64,000 nucleotides of DNA from Heterodontus francisci (lineage: Eukaryota). Position 1 is the first letter of the stretch. The number at the start of each line of letters is the position of its first letter. A program made the translations under genes and the position numbers. The notes beneath the pieces are model-generated. The model had not been told where the DNA came from and ran no database searches. It worked only from the letters and a program-made list of their open reading frames with translations. The DNA lies in contig NC_090385.1 of assembly GCF_036365525.1 (NCBI RefSeq), forward strand, positions 59,044,581-59,108,580, given 5' to 3'. Of the stretch, positions 50,298 through 61,833 are shown in pieces.

Positions 50298-53200
50298 TGT
50301 TACAACCAGGTGAGAAAGGTGTCTAGGAGTCCTTTACTGTCTTCACCTGGTCTTATTGTAACAGGGTTTGATTTTTAAACACACTGTATTTTGAGCTCCC
50401 CCTTTTGGTCAATCCTTGTTTACCACTTTCCAATTATAAGTCCAAGAAATGAGCACAACCAGGTTTTTCTTAGGTTTAAAGAAGAAAAGTGAAATTGATT
50501 AAAACTTACTTAAACTCTAATTCGGTTAATGCCGTCAGATACACGCTGCATGCATTTGCGATACACACATGCAAATAGGGACAGAAAAGAGCAGAAGAAA
50601 AATAAAATGGAGAGGTTTGAGGCAATATCAGAAGAGGGTTTCTTGTTACTGTTTCTGTGTTTCCAGCTCACCGTAGAGTCTTTGATTGTCGACAGCTCTT
50701 GCTTTTCGTTGGAGCCCAATATTTTTCTTAAACCTCGTTCACTGTAGGAGACTTTTCTCTCTTGGGGTCTTCAATGGTTTCCGAAGCTGGTGAGAGCGAG
50801 ATGAGAGCAGACAGGAGAGAGATCTTTTCCAGTCCAGGAGCGAACAGCCTTCTGAGTTCAAATTCCCTGTTGGAAGTTCGAATTCAAAAAACTCCAACAG
50901 TCAGCCAGTCATGTGACCAAACTGGTCCAACTACGTCTGTTTGTGTATTCGGACATTTTAGCAGTTAATCTGGAATGCTAACCTTTCCACCTTCAACGTC
51001 TGGTACCCAAAAATCCATTGCAGATTAAATTGGAGCAGGGAATAGCTCATTTGTCCTTTGAAATGCTTGTCTTTTGATATGTTAATGTCTCTCTCCAGCC
51101 AAAGTCTCCAATTGTTTTTTAAAGCAAGTTCTTTCTTCCACCAACAATCATTTAAAATCCATGTTCATGTGGCGAAATTAATTTTCCTCATTCTTGGCAG
51201 GTGGTGGGCTTGCCTGACACCTCCACACAGAGGGGAATGAAATGTGATTTGAAGAAAAACGGCACATTTCATTAGAGGGTTTTAGAGAAATATAAAATAC
51301 AGAAAGAAAAACCATGCCTAGCAAAAATGGTCTTTTCTGGGTGAAAGGGCTGTTTTAATTTCCCCCTTTTTTTTCTCAGGAGAGTTAGTAGTGGGCGTGT
51401 CTATCCTGAACTCTCTGAGTCATGCAAAGACTTTTGAGTTCAGGGGATGGGTAGTTCCCTTTTCCTCTGACTGTGGAGGAGGAGTCTTTGTTACTATCCC
51501 CTTTGTTCTCTGGGACACTCCGACCTGCAGGTTTTTGTGCAGACTTAACTGCGCTCTCCTGTGACACTTTGACTAGGTGAGGCATCACCCTCACAGTTTC
51601 TGTGACCCCTAGAGTCTCTCTTTGTCTCTGCAGGTTCCTGTAAATGCTGTTAGTAACTCTGGTGGGGTGCTTCTAGAGTTTGCATTTACATAGGAGGATG
51701 TGGGGTCTAACTTTTCACATTCTTCGAGGTTAATTGACTGGACTGTAGGGGTTTTTCATCCAGGATTCTTCCCGGGCATCCTTTTAAGCTTCCCTCTTGG
51801 TCACCTTTTCTCCTCTTTCTAAACTTTTGCCAGCCATGTGTCTGCGTGTCCCCTTTTGTTCTCAGCGGGGGTCCCTTACCGTTCATCAACCCTCTGCTGG
51901 AGGGTCCTCCTAACACCAGTACAGGACTTAGGGGTGCAGGTTTCACTGTAGGTTGGGGTTTCCCCTCAACCTGGCACATGTGGCAACTCGTGCAGTACTC
52001 CACCACATCTTCTGGAGTTTTGGCCAGTCAAACTGCTGTCTTATGCAGGCTTTGGTCTTTCATATACTGGCATGTACAGCCACTGTAGTCTTGTGGGCCC
52101 TTCTTAATATTTCTCCCCGGTACCTCGGTGGCACCACTAACTGGTGAAATACTGTCAACTCCTTGCCCTCAGGTGTGTGAGGAGACCTCCACTTCCTCAT
52201 CAGTACCTCAATCTTTAAATAGTAGCAATCAGGGACTCCCTCTGTTTCACTTTCAGACTGGGCAGCCTGTGCTAACTCCTGCAATACTGGGTCACCTCGC
52301 TGAGCCTCAGCTAGGGAAAATCATTTCATTCATTCCCTGGGTCCCCTAACTTTCCAAGGAAAGTCTCGGACAGGCAGACCTCATGGTCATTTGCCTGCAG
52401 TGCCAATGCAGTCTCCTCTGGTGGAGCTGGTTTGACCATGGCCTAACCCACTACACATTCAAGGACAATGCAGGGGATTGTCTCCTGCCATGGCCCTGTC
52501 TCTCTGACCTTCTGCGGTCTTTCTTTCACTACTGGGGTGGGGGAGGGGGGGCTACCACCTTCTCCCCCACCAGATCATTACCTAGGAGCAGGTCAACCCC
52601 AGCAACAGGCAAACTAGGAACAATCCCTACAGTCACCGATCCCAAAACTAGGTCACACACCAGGTGCACCCAATGTACAGGTACAGGCATACACTGCCCT
52701 CCAATACCATTCACCACCATTCTGGAGTTCACTGCACTCTCTGGAGGAAAGGTCAGGACTTTTCCCAGTAAAAAGGATCTTGTGGCCCCTATGTCCCTGA
52801 GAATTACTATGGGCTTGCTCTCCCCACTCAAGGGGTATGGGGTTACTTTCCCTTCAGACACAAAACCCTGATAACCTTCAGGAATCCTCTTAACTTTTCA
52901 TGCACTGGCCATAGTAAGCTTCTTGGGTTGCACTCTTAATGCAGTTAAAGCCACCACTTGCTCTGTGCTTTCCATCAAGGTTCCATCTGCACTGAGTGGG
53001 TGTGCCCTGATTAACCCTACAGGTTTTCCCTTTAGATTCCAGCAGTCAGCTTTTAAATGCCCTGCCTTATTACAATGGAAGCACACAGGTCTCCGGGTCT
53101 CACTCTTGCTCACAGCACCTTCCTTTTTGGCTGGAGGAGGGCCCCCTGTGTCTCCTGCTTTCCTTTCTCTTCCAGGTTTGCCTGGATGGATATCACCTTC

Positions 53201-55359
53201 CTTATCTTTCTCCTTTTTGGATTTGTGGGGGTGATTAGGAAAGGTTCTCCCCTGGGAAACCAACTTCTAAATTAAAGCAAACTCATCGGCCAGAACTGCC
53301 ACTTGCCGGGCTCCCTGAACCGCTGCTCCTCTACATGAGTCTTTATTGAGAATGGGAGAGAGTTTTTAAATTCCTGTAACTGGATTACTTCTCTGAAAGT
53401 CTCATAGCTGAGTTGTATTTTTAAAGCCATCAGTCACTGGTCAAAAGCCAGCTGCTTACTTCTTTCAAACTCCAGATAAGTTTGATTGGCTTGCTTTTTG
53501 AGGGTTCTAAACTTTTGGTAATAGGCTTTGGGTACTAATATCTATGCCTCGAGGATAGCATTTTTGGTCAGTTCACAATTTGATGAACTCTCATCTGGCA
53601 ACAAGGAATAAACCTCATGGGCTTTTCCGGTTAATTTGCTTTGCAATAAGAGAGACCAGGTCTCAGCTGGCCATTTTAGCTGCCTTGCCAGTTTCTCAAA
53701 AGACTCAAAAAATGCTTCCACATCTTCCTCATTGAATTTTGGAATTAGTTGGGCAAGTTTTAGCAGTCTTGTCCCCAGCACTGAATTATGCTCCTCCATA
53801 TTGGTCATGCATTCACTGGGGTTAGTCTGTCGCCCCCTAGCTAACTCAACCTGCCTCAGCTCTCTCTCTTCAGATTCTTTCTGGAATATTCTTTCTCGCT
53901 CTCTCTCTTTCCTTCTCCTGTCTTTCTTTCTCTTCACGTTCCTGTGGAAGGCTCTCCCTTTCTCTTCCCTTGCTTCTGGAAGGCTCTCTCTTTCTCCTCT
54001 CCTGCCTCTCTCTCTCTTTTTCCTGTCTCTTCCTTTCTCTTTCCCTGTCTTCTAATTCAAGATTCTTTTATTTCAGTTGTATCTTTGCTAGCAGTACCCT
54101 GTCTAGGTCTACTTCTAACACTGCTTCTGCTTCAGATTCAAGGAAATAATGGTTGGCCACTAGCCTTAGGAGTTCAGACTTCCTAGTTTTGCCCCATACA
54201 GTGATCCCACACTGCTCAGCCATTTTTCTCAACTCCTCCATAGACAGTGCTTTTAGCTTATCTACACCCTGGCTTGTAGAGCTGCTAGCTTCAGTTGCAG
54301 ATATGTTAGTATGCAATCACACACAACCACAAGAAAACCTGCATTAATTTGTTCTTTTTGATTGGGAACAATTTGGCTTCCCACTTCCAATTTCACTTAT
54401 TTGTCTGTGGGTAAAATCCCGGATTAGCCCCCAAATTTTTGTTACAACCAGGTGAGAAAAGTGTCTAGTGGTCTTTTACTGTCTTCACCTGGTCTTATTG
54501 TAACAGGGTTTGATTTTTAAACACACTGTGTTTTGAGCTCTTCCCCTTTGGTGAATCCTTGTTTACCACTTTCCAATATTAAGACCAAGAAATGAGCACA
54601 ACCAGGTTTTTCTTAGGTTTAAAGAAGAAAAGTAAAATTTATTAAAACGTACTTAAACTCTAATTCGATTAACGCCGATGGATACACGCTGCGCCCCCTG
54701 CTAGCATGCATACGCGATACACACATGCAAATGGGGACAGAAAAGAGCAGAAGAAAAATAAAATCGAGAGGTTTGAGGCAATATCAGAAGAGGGTTTCTT
54801 ATTACTGTTTCTGTGTTTCCAGCTCGCCATAGAGTCTTTGTTGACAGCTCTTGCTTTTCATTGGGGCCCAGTATTCTTCTTAAACCTTGTTCACTGTAGG
54901 AGACTTTTCTATCTTGGGGTTTGTATGTCTTCAATGGTTTCTGACGCTGGTGAGAGCGAGATGAGAGCAGACAGGAGAGAGGTCTTTTCCAATCCAGGAG
55001 CGAACAGCCTTCTGAGTTCAAAATCCTTGTTGGAAGTTCAAATTCAAAAAAACTCCAACAGTCAGCCAGTCATGTGACCAAACTGGTCTGACCATGTCTG
55101 TTTGTGTGTTCGGCTACCTTAACAGTTAACATGAAATACTAGCCTTTCCAACTTCAACGTCTGGTACTCAAAAGTCCATTGTGGATTAAATTGTCCTTTG
55201 AAGTACTTGTCTGTTGATATGCTAATGTCTCTCTCCAGCCAAGGTCTCCAATTGTTTTTTTAAAGCAAGTTCTTTCTTCACCAACAATAGTTTAAAATCA
55301 ATGTTCATGAGGCGAAATTAATTTTCCTAATTCTTGGCAGGTTGGGGGCTTGCCTGACA
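50298..55359 (-). mobile_element. Gmr1-like element C, non-autonomous, nested in the 3' UTR of element B
   Basis: LTRs 54440-55359 (5') and 50298-51219 (3'); TSD TGTT; PBS TGGGGGCTAATCCGGGATTT (tRNA-Pro-like). Reads CFHCNKAGHLKADC, ILRDIGAT and EYCTSCHMC; same architecture as element A. Confidence 0.92.
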
Positions 55360-56514
55360 TGTTTTACATTGTAATGAAATGATTTCAAAACTAGCGTTTC
55401 ATTTCACCAAGGGCAGAGGTGTTACATGGTTTTTATTTTTGTATTAAAAACTTAGAATACTGTGTGTTTTAAAAAACTGAAAAAGGATTTTTTGGTGGAC
55501 ATTGACACCTGTAAATAGCTGAAATCTTTGGATGTTTTGAAAGGAAGCCGACTTTGCATACAAGGACAGGAAAGCAGGCAATTTCAAGGAAAGCAGCAAG
55601 GGGTTTGACCTCCTCAGGGCCACTCTTTGAATGACAAGGGAGACTCTATGTCTGGACATGTGACCTGTTTAGGAAGGTTTTGCTTTCATTTTGGACCCTT
55701 GAAAAAGCCAGTGAGGTGGACAAAGAGCAGGCATTTGAAATTAGGTTTTGACCTGCCTGGAGATCAGAAAGGAAGAGCCATAAAACGTGAGACCTCTCTT
55801 TGTAAAGGAATCCTACATCTCTTGAGAAGAAATCCTGTATTTCAAAGGTGGCAGATTCCTATTGCCTCCTGTCTCTGAAGAATCCCTGCATCAAGTATGG
55901 TTCCTGTTGTCTCCTGTGTTTTAAGAAATCATGAAAGCTGAAGAAATCTTGTTCTGCTATCCTGCTGCTGTAAAACCTAAGACAACTTGTTGTTGCACCC
56001 CTGATGAAAGACCTATGTGAAGCCTGCTGCAGTTGAATTGCCTTGAACATCTACCCATCACAGACATTTCAGTAACCTCGTCTGGAGAGACTTCGAGTGG
56101 TATCCGACTATTCGACTCTGGGATACCTTACCAAACTGAAGAACCTCTTACCAGAACGTGATAAACTAAGTTATTTTATTATTCCTTCTATTCCTATGAA
56201 ACAGCTGTAAACCAAAATCCTTTCTCCCCAGTTAACCGTTTTATTAAATGTACGTGTGTGTGTGCATGAGGGCTAGGGAAATAAGGAGCTTTTTGTATAT
56301 AGATTTATCTCACTATTGGTTAAGACTTGTTTTTATAATAAGTAGTTAATATTGTTGTTGATTAAAGAAACTAGTTGGTGTGCTTTATTCTGTGGGACAA
56401 ATAGAGTATGTAATTGGCTGGTTTTCGGTAGGTGGGAAAGTTTAGTGATATGTTGTGACCCGTGGAGAAGTGGGACTGAATTAACAGTGCACTCCTCCCA
56501 CCTCGGTTGTAACA

Positions 56515-57378
56515 AAAGGAAGTGACTTATAAGGTCACCAGAAAAATTGGTAAGCCCGAGGATTGGGAGCAATTTAAAATCCAACAAAGAAGGAAGAAAC
56601 TGGTAAAGAAAGGGAAAATAGATTATGAATGCAAGCTAGCTAGTAACATAAAGGTGGGCTTTAATAGCTTCTTAAGGTATGTGGAAAGGAAAAGATTAGC
56701 AAGGATGAATGTGGGTCCATTGCAGGCAGAGTCAGAAGAGTTTGTGGTGGAGAATGAGGAAATGGCAGAGAGACTAAACAATTACTTTGTGTATGTCTTC
56801 ATGGAGGAAGACACAGAAATTCTCCCAAAATACGAGGGAACCAATGGACTTGTAAAAATGAGGAACTGAAAGAATTAGTATCAATAAAGAGGTACTGCTC
56901 AAAAAGTTATTTGGATTGAAAATTGATAAATCCCCTGGACCAGATGAGCTACATCCCAGAGTACTGAAGGAGGTGGCTATAGAGATAATGGATGCATTGG
57001 TGGTTATCTTTCAAAATTCTATAGAATCTAGAAGGTTTCCTGCAGACTGAAAATTAGCAAATGTAACCCCACTATTTAAGAAGGGAGTGAGAGAGAAAAC
57101 CCGAAAATACACTCCTGTTAGTTTGATGTCAGTAGTAGGGAAAATGATAGAATGTATTAATAAAGGATGAGATAACTGGACACCTAGAAAATAATATGAT
57201 TGGGCAGAGTCAACATGGATTTATGAAAGGGAAATCATGTTTGACAAACATGTGGAGATTCTTGAGGATGTTACTTGCAGCATAGATAAAAGAGAACCAG
57301 TGGATGTGGTGTGTTTGGATTTTCAAGAGGCTTTTGATAAGGTCCCACACAGGTTAGTGAAAAAAAAAGCACATGGGA
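56515..57378 (+). mobile_element. CR1 ORF2 mid fragment
   Basis: Reads KSPGPDELHPRVLKE, ANVTPLFKKG and VDVVCLDFQEAFDKVPH. Confidence 0.9.
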
Positions 57379-58660
57379 TTTTTTTTTCTATTCGTTCATG
57401 GGATATGGGCATCGCTGGCTAGGCCAGCCCACCCCTGATTGCCCGTGAGAAGGTAATGGTGAGCCACCTTCCTGAACTGCTGCAGTCTTCGGGTGTAGGT
57501 ACACCAACAGTGCTGTTAGGAAGAGAGTTCCAGGATTTTGACCCAGTGACAGTGAAGGAATGGTGATATAGTTCCAAGTCAGGATGGTCTGTGGCTTGGA
57601 GGGGAACTTGCAGGTGGTGGGTTGCCAATCAAGTGGGCTGCTTTGTCCTGAATGGTGTCGAGCTTCTTGAGTGTTGTTGGAGCTGCACTCATTCAGGCAA
57701 GTGGTGAGTATTCCCATCACCCTCCTGACTTGTGCCTTGTCGATGATGGACAGGCTCTGGGGAGTGAGGAGGTGAGTTACACGCGACAGAATTCCTAGCC
57801 TCTCACCTGCTCTTGTAGTGACGGTATTTATATGGCTATTCCAGTTCAGTTTCTGGTCAATAGTAATTCCCAGGACGTCGATAGTGGGGGATTCAGCGAT
57901 TGTATAGCCATTGAATGTCGAGGGGAGATGGTTAGATTCTCTCTTGTTGGAGATGGTCATTGCCTGGCACTTGTGTGGCGCGAATGTTACTTGCCACTTA
58001 TCAGCCCAAGCCTGAATATTGACCAGGTCTTGCTGTGTTTCTACACAGACTGCTTCAGTATCTGAGGAGTTGCGAATGGTGCAATCATCAGTGAGCATCT
58101 CCACTTATGACTTTACGATGGAGGGAAGGTCATTGATGAAGCAGCTTAAGATGGCTGGGCCTAGGACACTACCCTGAGGAACTCCTGCAGTGATATCCTG
58201 GAGCTGAGATGATTAATCTCCAACAACCACAACCATCTTCCTTTGCGCTAGGTATGACTCCAACCAGCAGAGAGTTTCCCACAGATTCCCATTGACTTCA
58301 GTTTTGCTAGGGCTCCTTGATGCCATACTTGGTCAAATGCTGCATTGATGTCAAGGGCAGTCACTCTCACCTCACCTCTTGAGTTCAGCTCTTTTATCCA
58401 TGTTTTAACCAAGGCTGTAATGAGGTCAGTAGCTGAATGTCCCTGACGGAAACCAAACTGAGCGTCAGTGAGCAGGTTATTGCTAATCAAGTGCCACATG
58501 ATAGCATTGTCGACTACACCTTCCATCACTTTACTGATGATCGAGAGTAGACTGGTGGGGCAGTAATTGGCCAGGTTGGATTTATCCTGTTGTTTATATA
58601 CAGGACATACCTGGGCAATTTTACACATTGCCGGGTAGATGCCAGTGTTGTAGCTGTACT
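57379..58660 (-). mobile_element. CR1-like LINE, T4-free family, copy 2
   Basis: Reads QFGFRQGHSATDLITAL, ALDINAAFDQVWH and WADKWQVTFAPHKCQ; same tail as 31656. Confidence 0.9.
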
Positions 58661-58669
58661 GCAGTTGTA

Positions 58670-60650
58670 GCTGATGAACATGACACCACCTGGGCAGATG
58701 TCTTTTTGATAAAGGTAACTGCCAGGGGGTGGAAGGATTCCAATTGGCTTAAGTGACTATCATGTTCTGGACCAAAAGCGTAGCACACCATATTGTGTGG
58801 ACTATGATTGTTGGTATACCAGCTTTGGATAAATAGCGAGGGAAGGAGGGTCCCTTCAAACGATAGTCGGCAACCCACCGAGGAGAGGGAAACTTTGAAT
58901 CCAAACCTACGGCTCGGAGACCTCACTGCTGTCATCCCAGTTCACTGGGCCATGACAGATGAGCTCTAGGCTTAAAGGGTGGGGTCAGTCAGCACAAACT
59001 GTACTCCACCTTAAGGCACCACTGCGCAGGCAGGAAGGAAATCCATCCACCCCAACTATACCTCAACAAGTAAGTCCTGTAGTGACGGGAAAGGGGTGAA
59101 AATGCAGGTGTAAGATGGCAAAGGCAGCCGCAGTTCCAATCCTGCATGCAGGCGGCTCAGGATATTGTTCATTTTGATAATACTTTGAGATGACATCATC
59201 ACCCGGTAGCACCCTGAGCGACCAAGCAGCCTTTTTGAAGGACAGCACTGCTTGCTCCAAAATTGGAGAGGGGCCTAGAAAAGGTGGCCTAAACAAATGC
59301 TCATCTCCATACCACCCAGTTTACTGTTGGCTTGCCGTGGTCAACGGGCCTCTCTTAATGCGGTCAAACTACGACAGAGAAGGAAATGCAAACTCCTAAC
59401 CTCGCTTCAAAAGGTGAGAAAAGAAGCAAAATTCTGAAACTTGCCTGCTCGAACATGAGAACAATGCCCAACTCTGGTGACAACAGCTTCCCTCAATGAC
59501 ACTCAGCCCTGGTGGCCCATGAGCTAGCCAGACGAGACATTGATATAGCGGCACTGAGTGAGGTCTGCTTCTCAGAGTAAGGTAGCCTAACAGAACACAA
59601 CGCTGGCTACATCCTCTATTGGTCAGGTAGACCTCAAGGTGGACAACGCCTCTTCGGTGTTGGCTACATGGTGAAAAGGACTTTAACCACTAAACTTTCA
59701 AGCCTGCCCATCAGCCATTCTGAACGCATCATGTCCCTGCGCCTGCCCCTCCAAAACCAGCAGCATGCAACCCTCAGCAGCATTTATGCTTCAACTTTGA
59801 AGGCTAACCCAGCTGACAAAGATAAGTTCTACACAGATCTCCATGATCTCATCCAGGATGCCCCTCCCAAGGCCAAAATTGTTGTCTTTGGCGATTTCAA
59901 TGCCATGGTGGGCCATGACAGCCTGGCATGGAAGGGAGTGCTCGGAAACCATGGAGTTGGAAACTGTAATGAAAACGGACGCTTACTCTTGGAACTCTGT
60001 GCTGAAAAGCAGCTGTCCATAACCAACTCCTCTTTCAACAAAAAGATCGCTTCAAGACCACATGGAAGCATCCCCGCTCTAAACACTGGCACCTGATAGG
60101 TTACATCTTGGTGTGCCAGTGTGACCTAAAGGATGTCTTGCATATTAGAGAGTCATGCCCAGTGCTGACTGTCATGCAGAACACCAACTTGTTTGTTCAA
60201 AGCTGAACTTCCACTTCAAGCCTAAGCCCAAGAACAGGCCTAGAGATAACGCATCAAAGAAATTTTGAGTCAACAACCTGCAAACCTCATCTTGCAGAGA
60301 TAGATATCAAGCAACTTTACAGACTAGACTGGAAGATCCTGATCTCACTGCTGATTCTACTCCAGAAGAACTCTGGGAACACATCAAAGCTGCAGTACTG
60401 GATACTTCCAATGAGGTCATTGGGCCCAGCAACAAGAAGAATAGGGACTGGTTTGATGAAAATGACAAGGAAATTCAAGATCTGCTAAAAATAAAACGTC
60501 AGCTCATCAGGCTGACCTGGCTCAGCTGGCCAGCTAAGGGAAAAAGACAGCCTAAAGTCAAGCATGCAGCACCCTTCAACGTAAACTGAGGAACATCCAA
60601 AATTACTGGTGGATCACACTTGCCGAAAAAACTCAACTGTACGCCAGGTT
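58670..60650 (+). mobile_element. RTE-clade LINE, 5' UTR and endonuclease, 3'-truncated
   Basis: Reads ALVAHELARRDIDIAALSEV...YWSGRP...GVGY...SERIMSLRLPL...GDFNAMVG...GVGNCNENGRLLLELC...DWFDENDKEI. Confidence 0.9.
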
Positions 60651-61249
60651 TTTGATGAAAAGATATCCTGACAGAGACATATGGAATACATTTTCTTAAC
60701 TGCACTCTATCCCAGACACCTGTGCTAAGTAAAAATATTGGACTGCTTTTTTTTTGGGCTAAACTAAAGGAAAACTGAGTGCGCGAAATTTATTTCTGTA
60801 GGACTGCTTCTAGCTCTAGTGCTGCTTTGCAGGTCTACCCGCAGAGTTGTAGCACATGAGGTGCTACTGACCGCTTCCTGCACGGCATGAGGCAGTTGGA
60901 GCCCAAAGTCACAGAACGTGTGCAATCATGATGTCACTGACACCAACCGGCTGATATAACACTACAGTACCAAAATTGGCTAACGAATGTTCAGGCAACG
61001 CCTTCCTCATTCACTCCTGAAACAACACGCATTAGAAAGCAAGATGGGCCTGTTCTGGAGCTATTTAAAGGGCCACTCAACAAGTTGCAGCTGAGCTGCT
61101 TTTGACTTGTGCTCAGGCAATGTTGGTGGAAGCATTGTAGTGAATTGCTGGAGGAGTATGAAGGTTTCTGCTGACCACAGAAAGGTAGAAAATAACATTG
61201 CCTTGCATCGGTATGCGGACAGTAGTTGCAGGGACACTTGATCTGCAGC

Positions 61250-61833
61250 ACGAGCAAGACATTCAGAGGAGGAGGCAGAGAGAGGAACCACTTTGAGGAG
61301 GAAGGAGGAGGAGGGTTTTCCTTAGAAGGTGCTACCCCAATAGAATCTTCCAGAAGCACCAGTCCTTTGTTGGGATGAGCCAGTAGCAGTGCCTTAGTGC
61401 ACTTTGCTTCACTAAGCGGGTAGTGATGGAGTTGTGTCACCTCCTTCATGATGACCTGGAGCCTCAACCCAGGGGAGTACAGCCTTCCCAGTGGCTGTGA
61501 AGATCAACATCACCCTTTGTTTCTATGCAACGGAATCCTTCCTGCTGGGAACCAGTGACACCAGCAGCGTGTTGTAATTTGCTCTCCACAGAAGCATCCG
61601 GGAGGTAACAGAGGCGCGGTATACGAGGAGAGGGGACAACAATCTCTTCTCCCTGGGCAGGAAAGACCAGGATGAAAAGGCAAGTGGGTTTGTTAGTATA
61701 GCAGTTTCCCAATGGTGCAGGGCACCATCGACTGCACACATGTGGTTCTGTGCGCCCTCAAGTCAATGGGGAGTGGTACCACAATTGCAAGTGTTACCAG
61801 TCTGTCAATGTGCAGTTTGTATGTGATCAGCAT
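61250..61833 (+). pseudogene. Harbinger transposase N-terminal relic, cut by a LINE insertion
   Basis: Reads RRCYPNRIFQKHQSFVGMSQ*QC, LPVAVKINITLCFYATESF, FPMVQGTIDCTHV and VQFVCDQ. Confidence 0.85.

Larger units (their letters stand above)
43768..56514 (+). mobile_element. Gmr1-like Ty3/Gypsy LTR element B, decayed autonomous type (gag, PR-IN-RT-RH)
   Basis: 5' LTR ~43768-44610 (left-truncated) and 3' LTR 55420-56514; PBS tgcgggctcttgttgggat; PPT aagggcagagg. Gag 44730-45940; PR LRDTEA ~46170. IN HDIPIAGH...SDQGSNF...GALERYH...GPY spans 47600-48700. RT WSLP...PYPIP...FGLKNAP...YLD spans 49000-49600. RH DASDLGVG...TDH...ADAL spans 49800-50185. Confidence 0.93.

Noticed and set aside
57388-58104. 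Longest ORF in the window (238 aa)
   Set aside because: A frameshifted LINE RT fragment.
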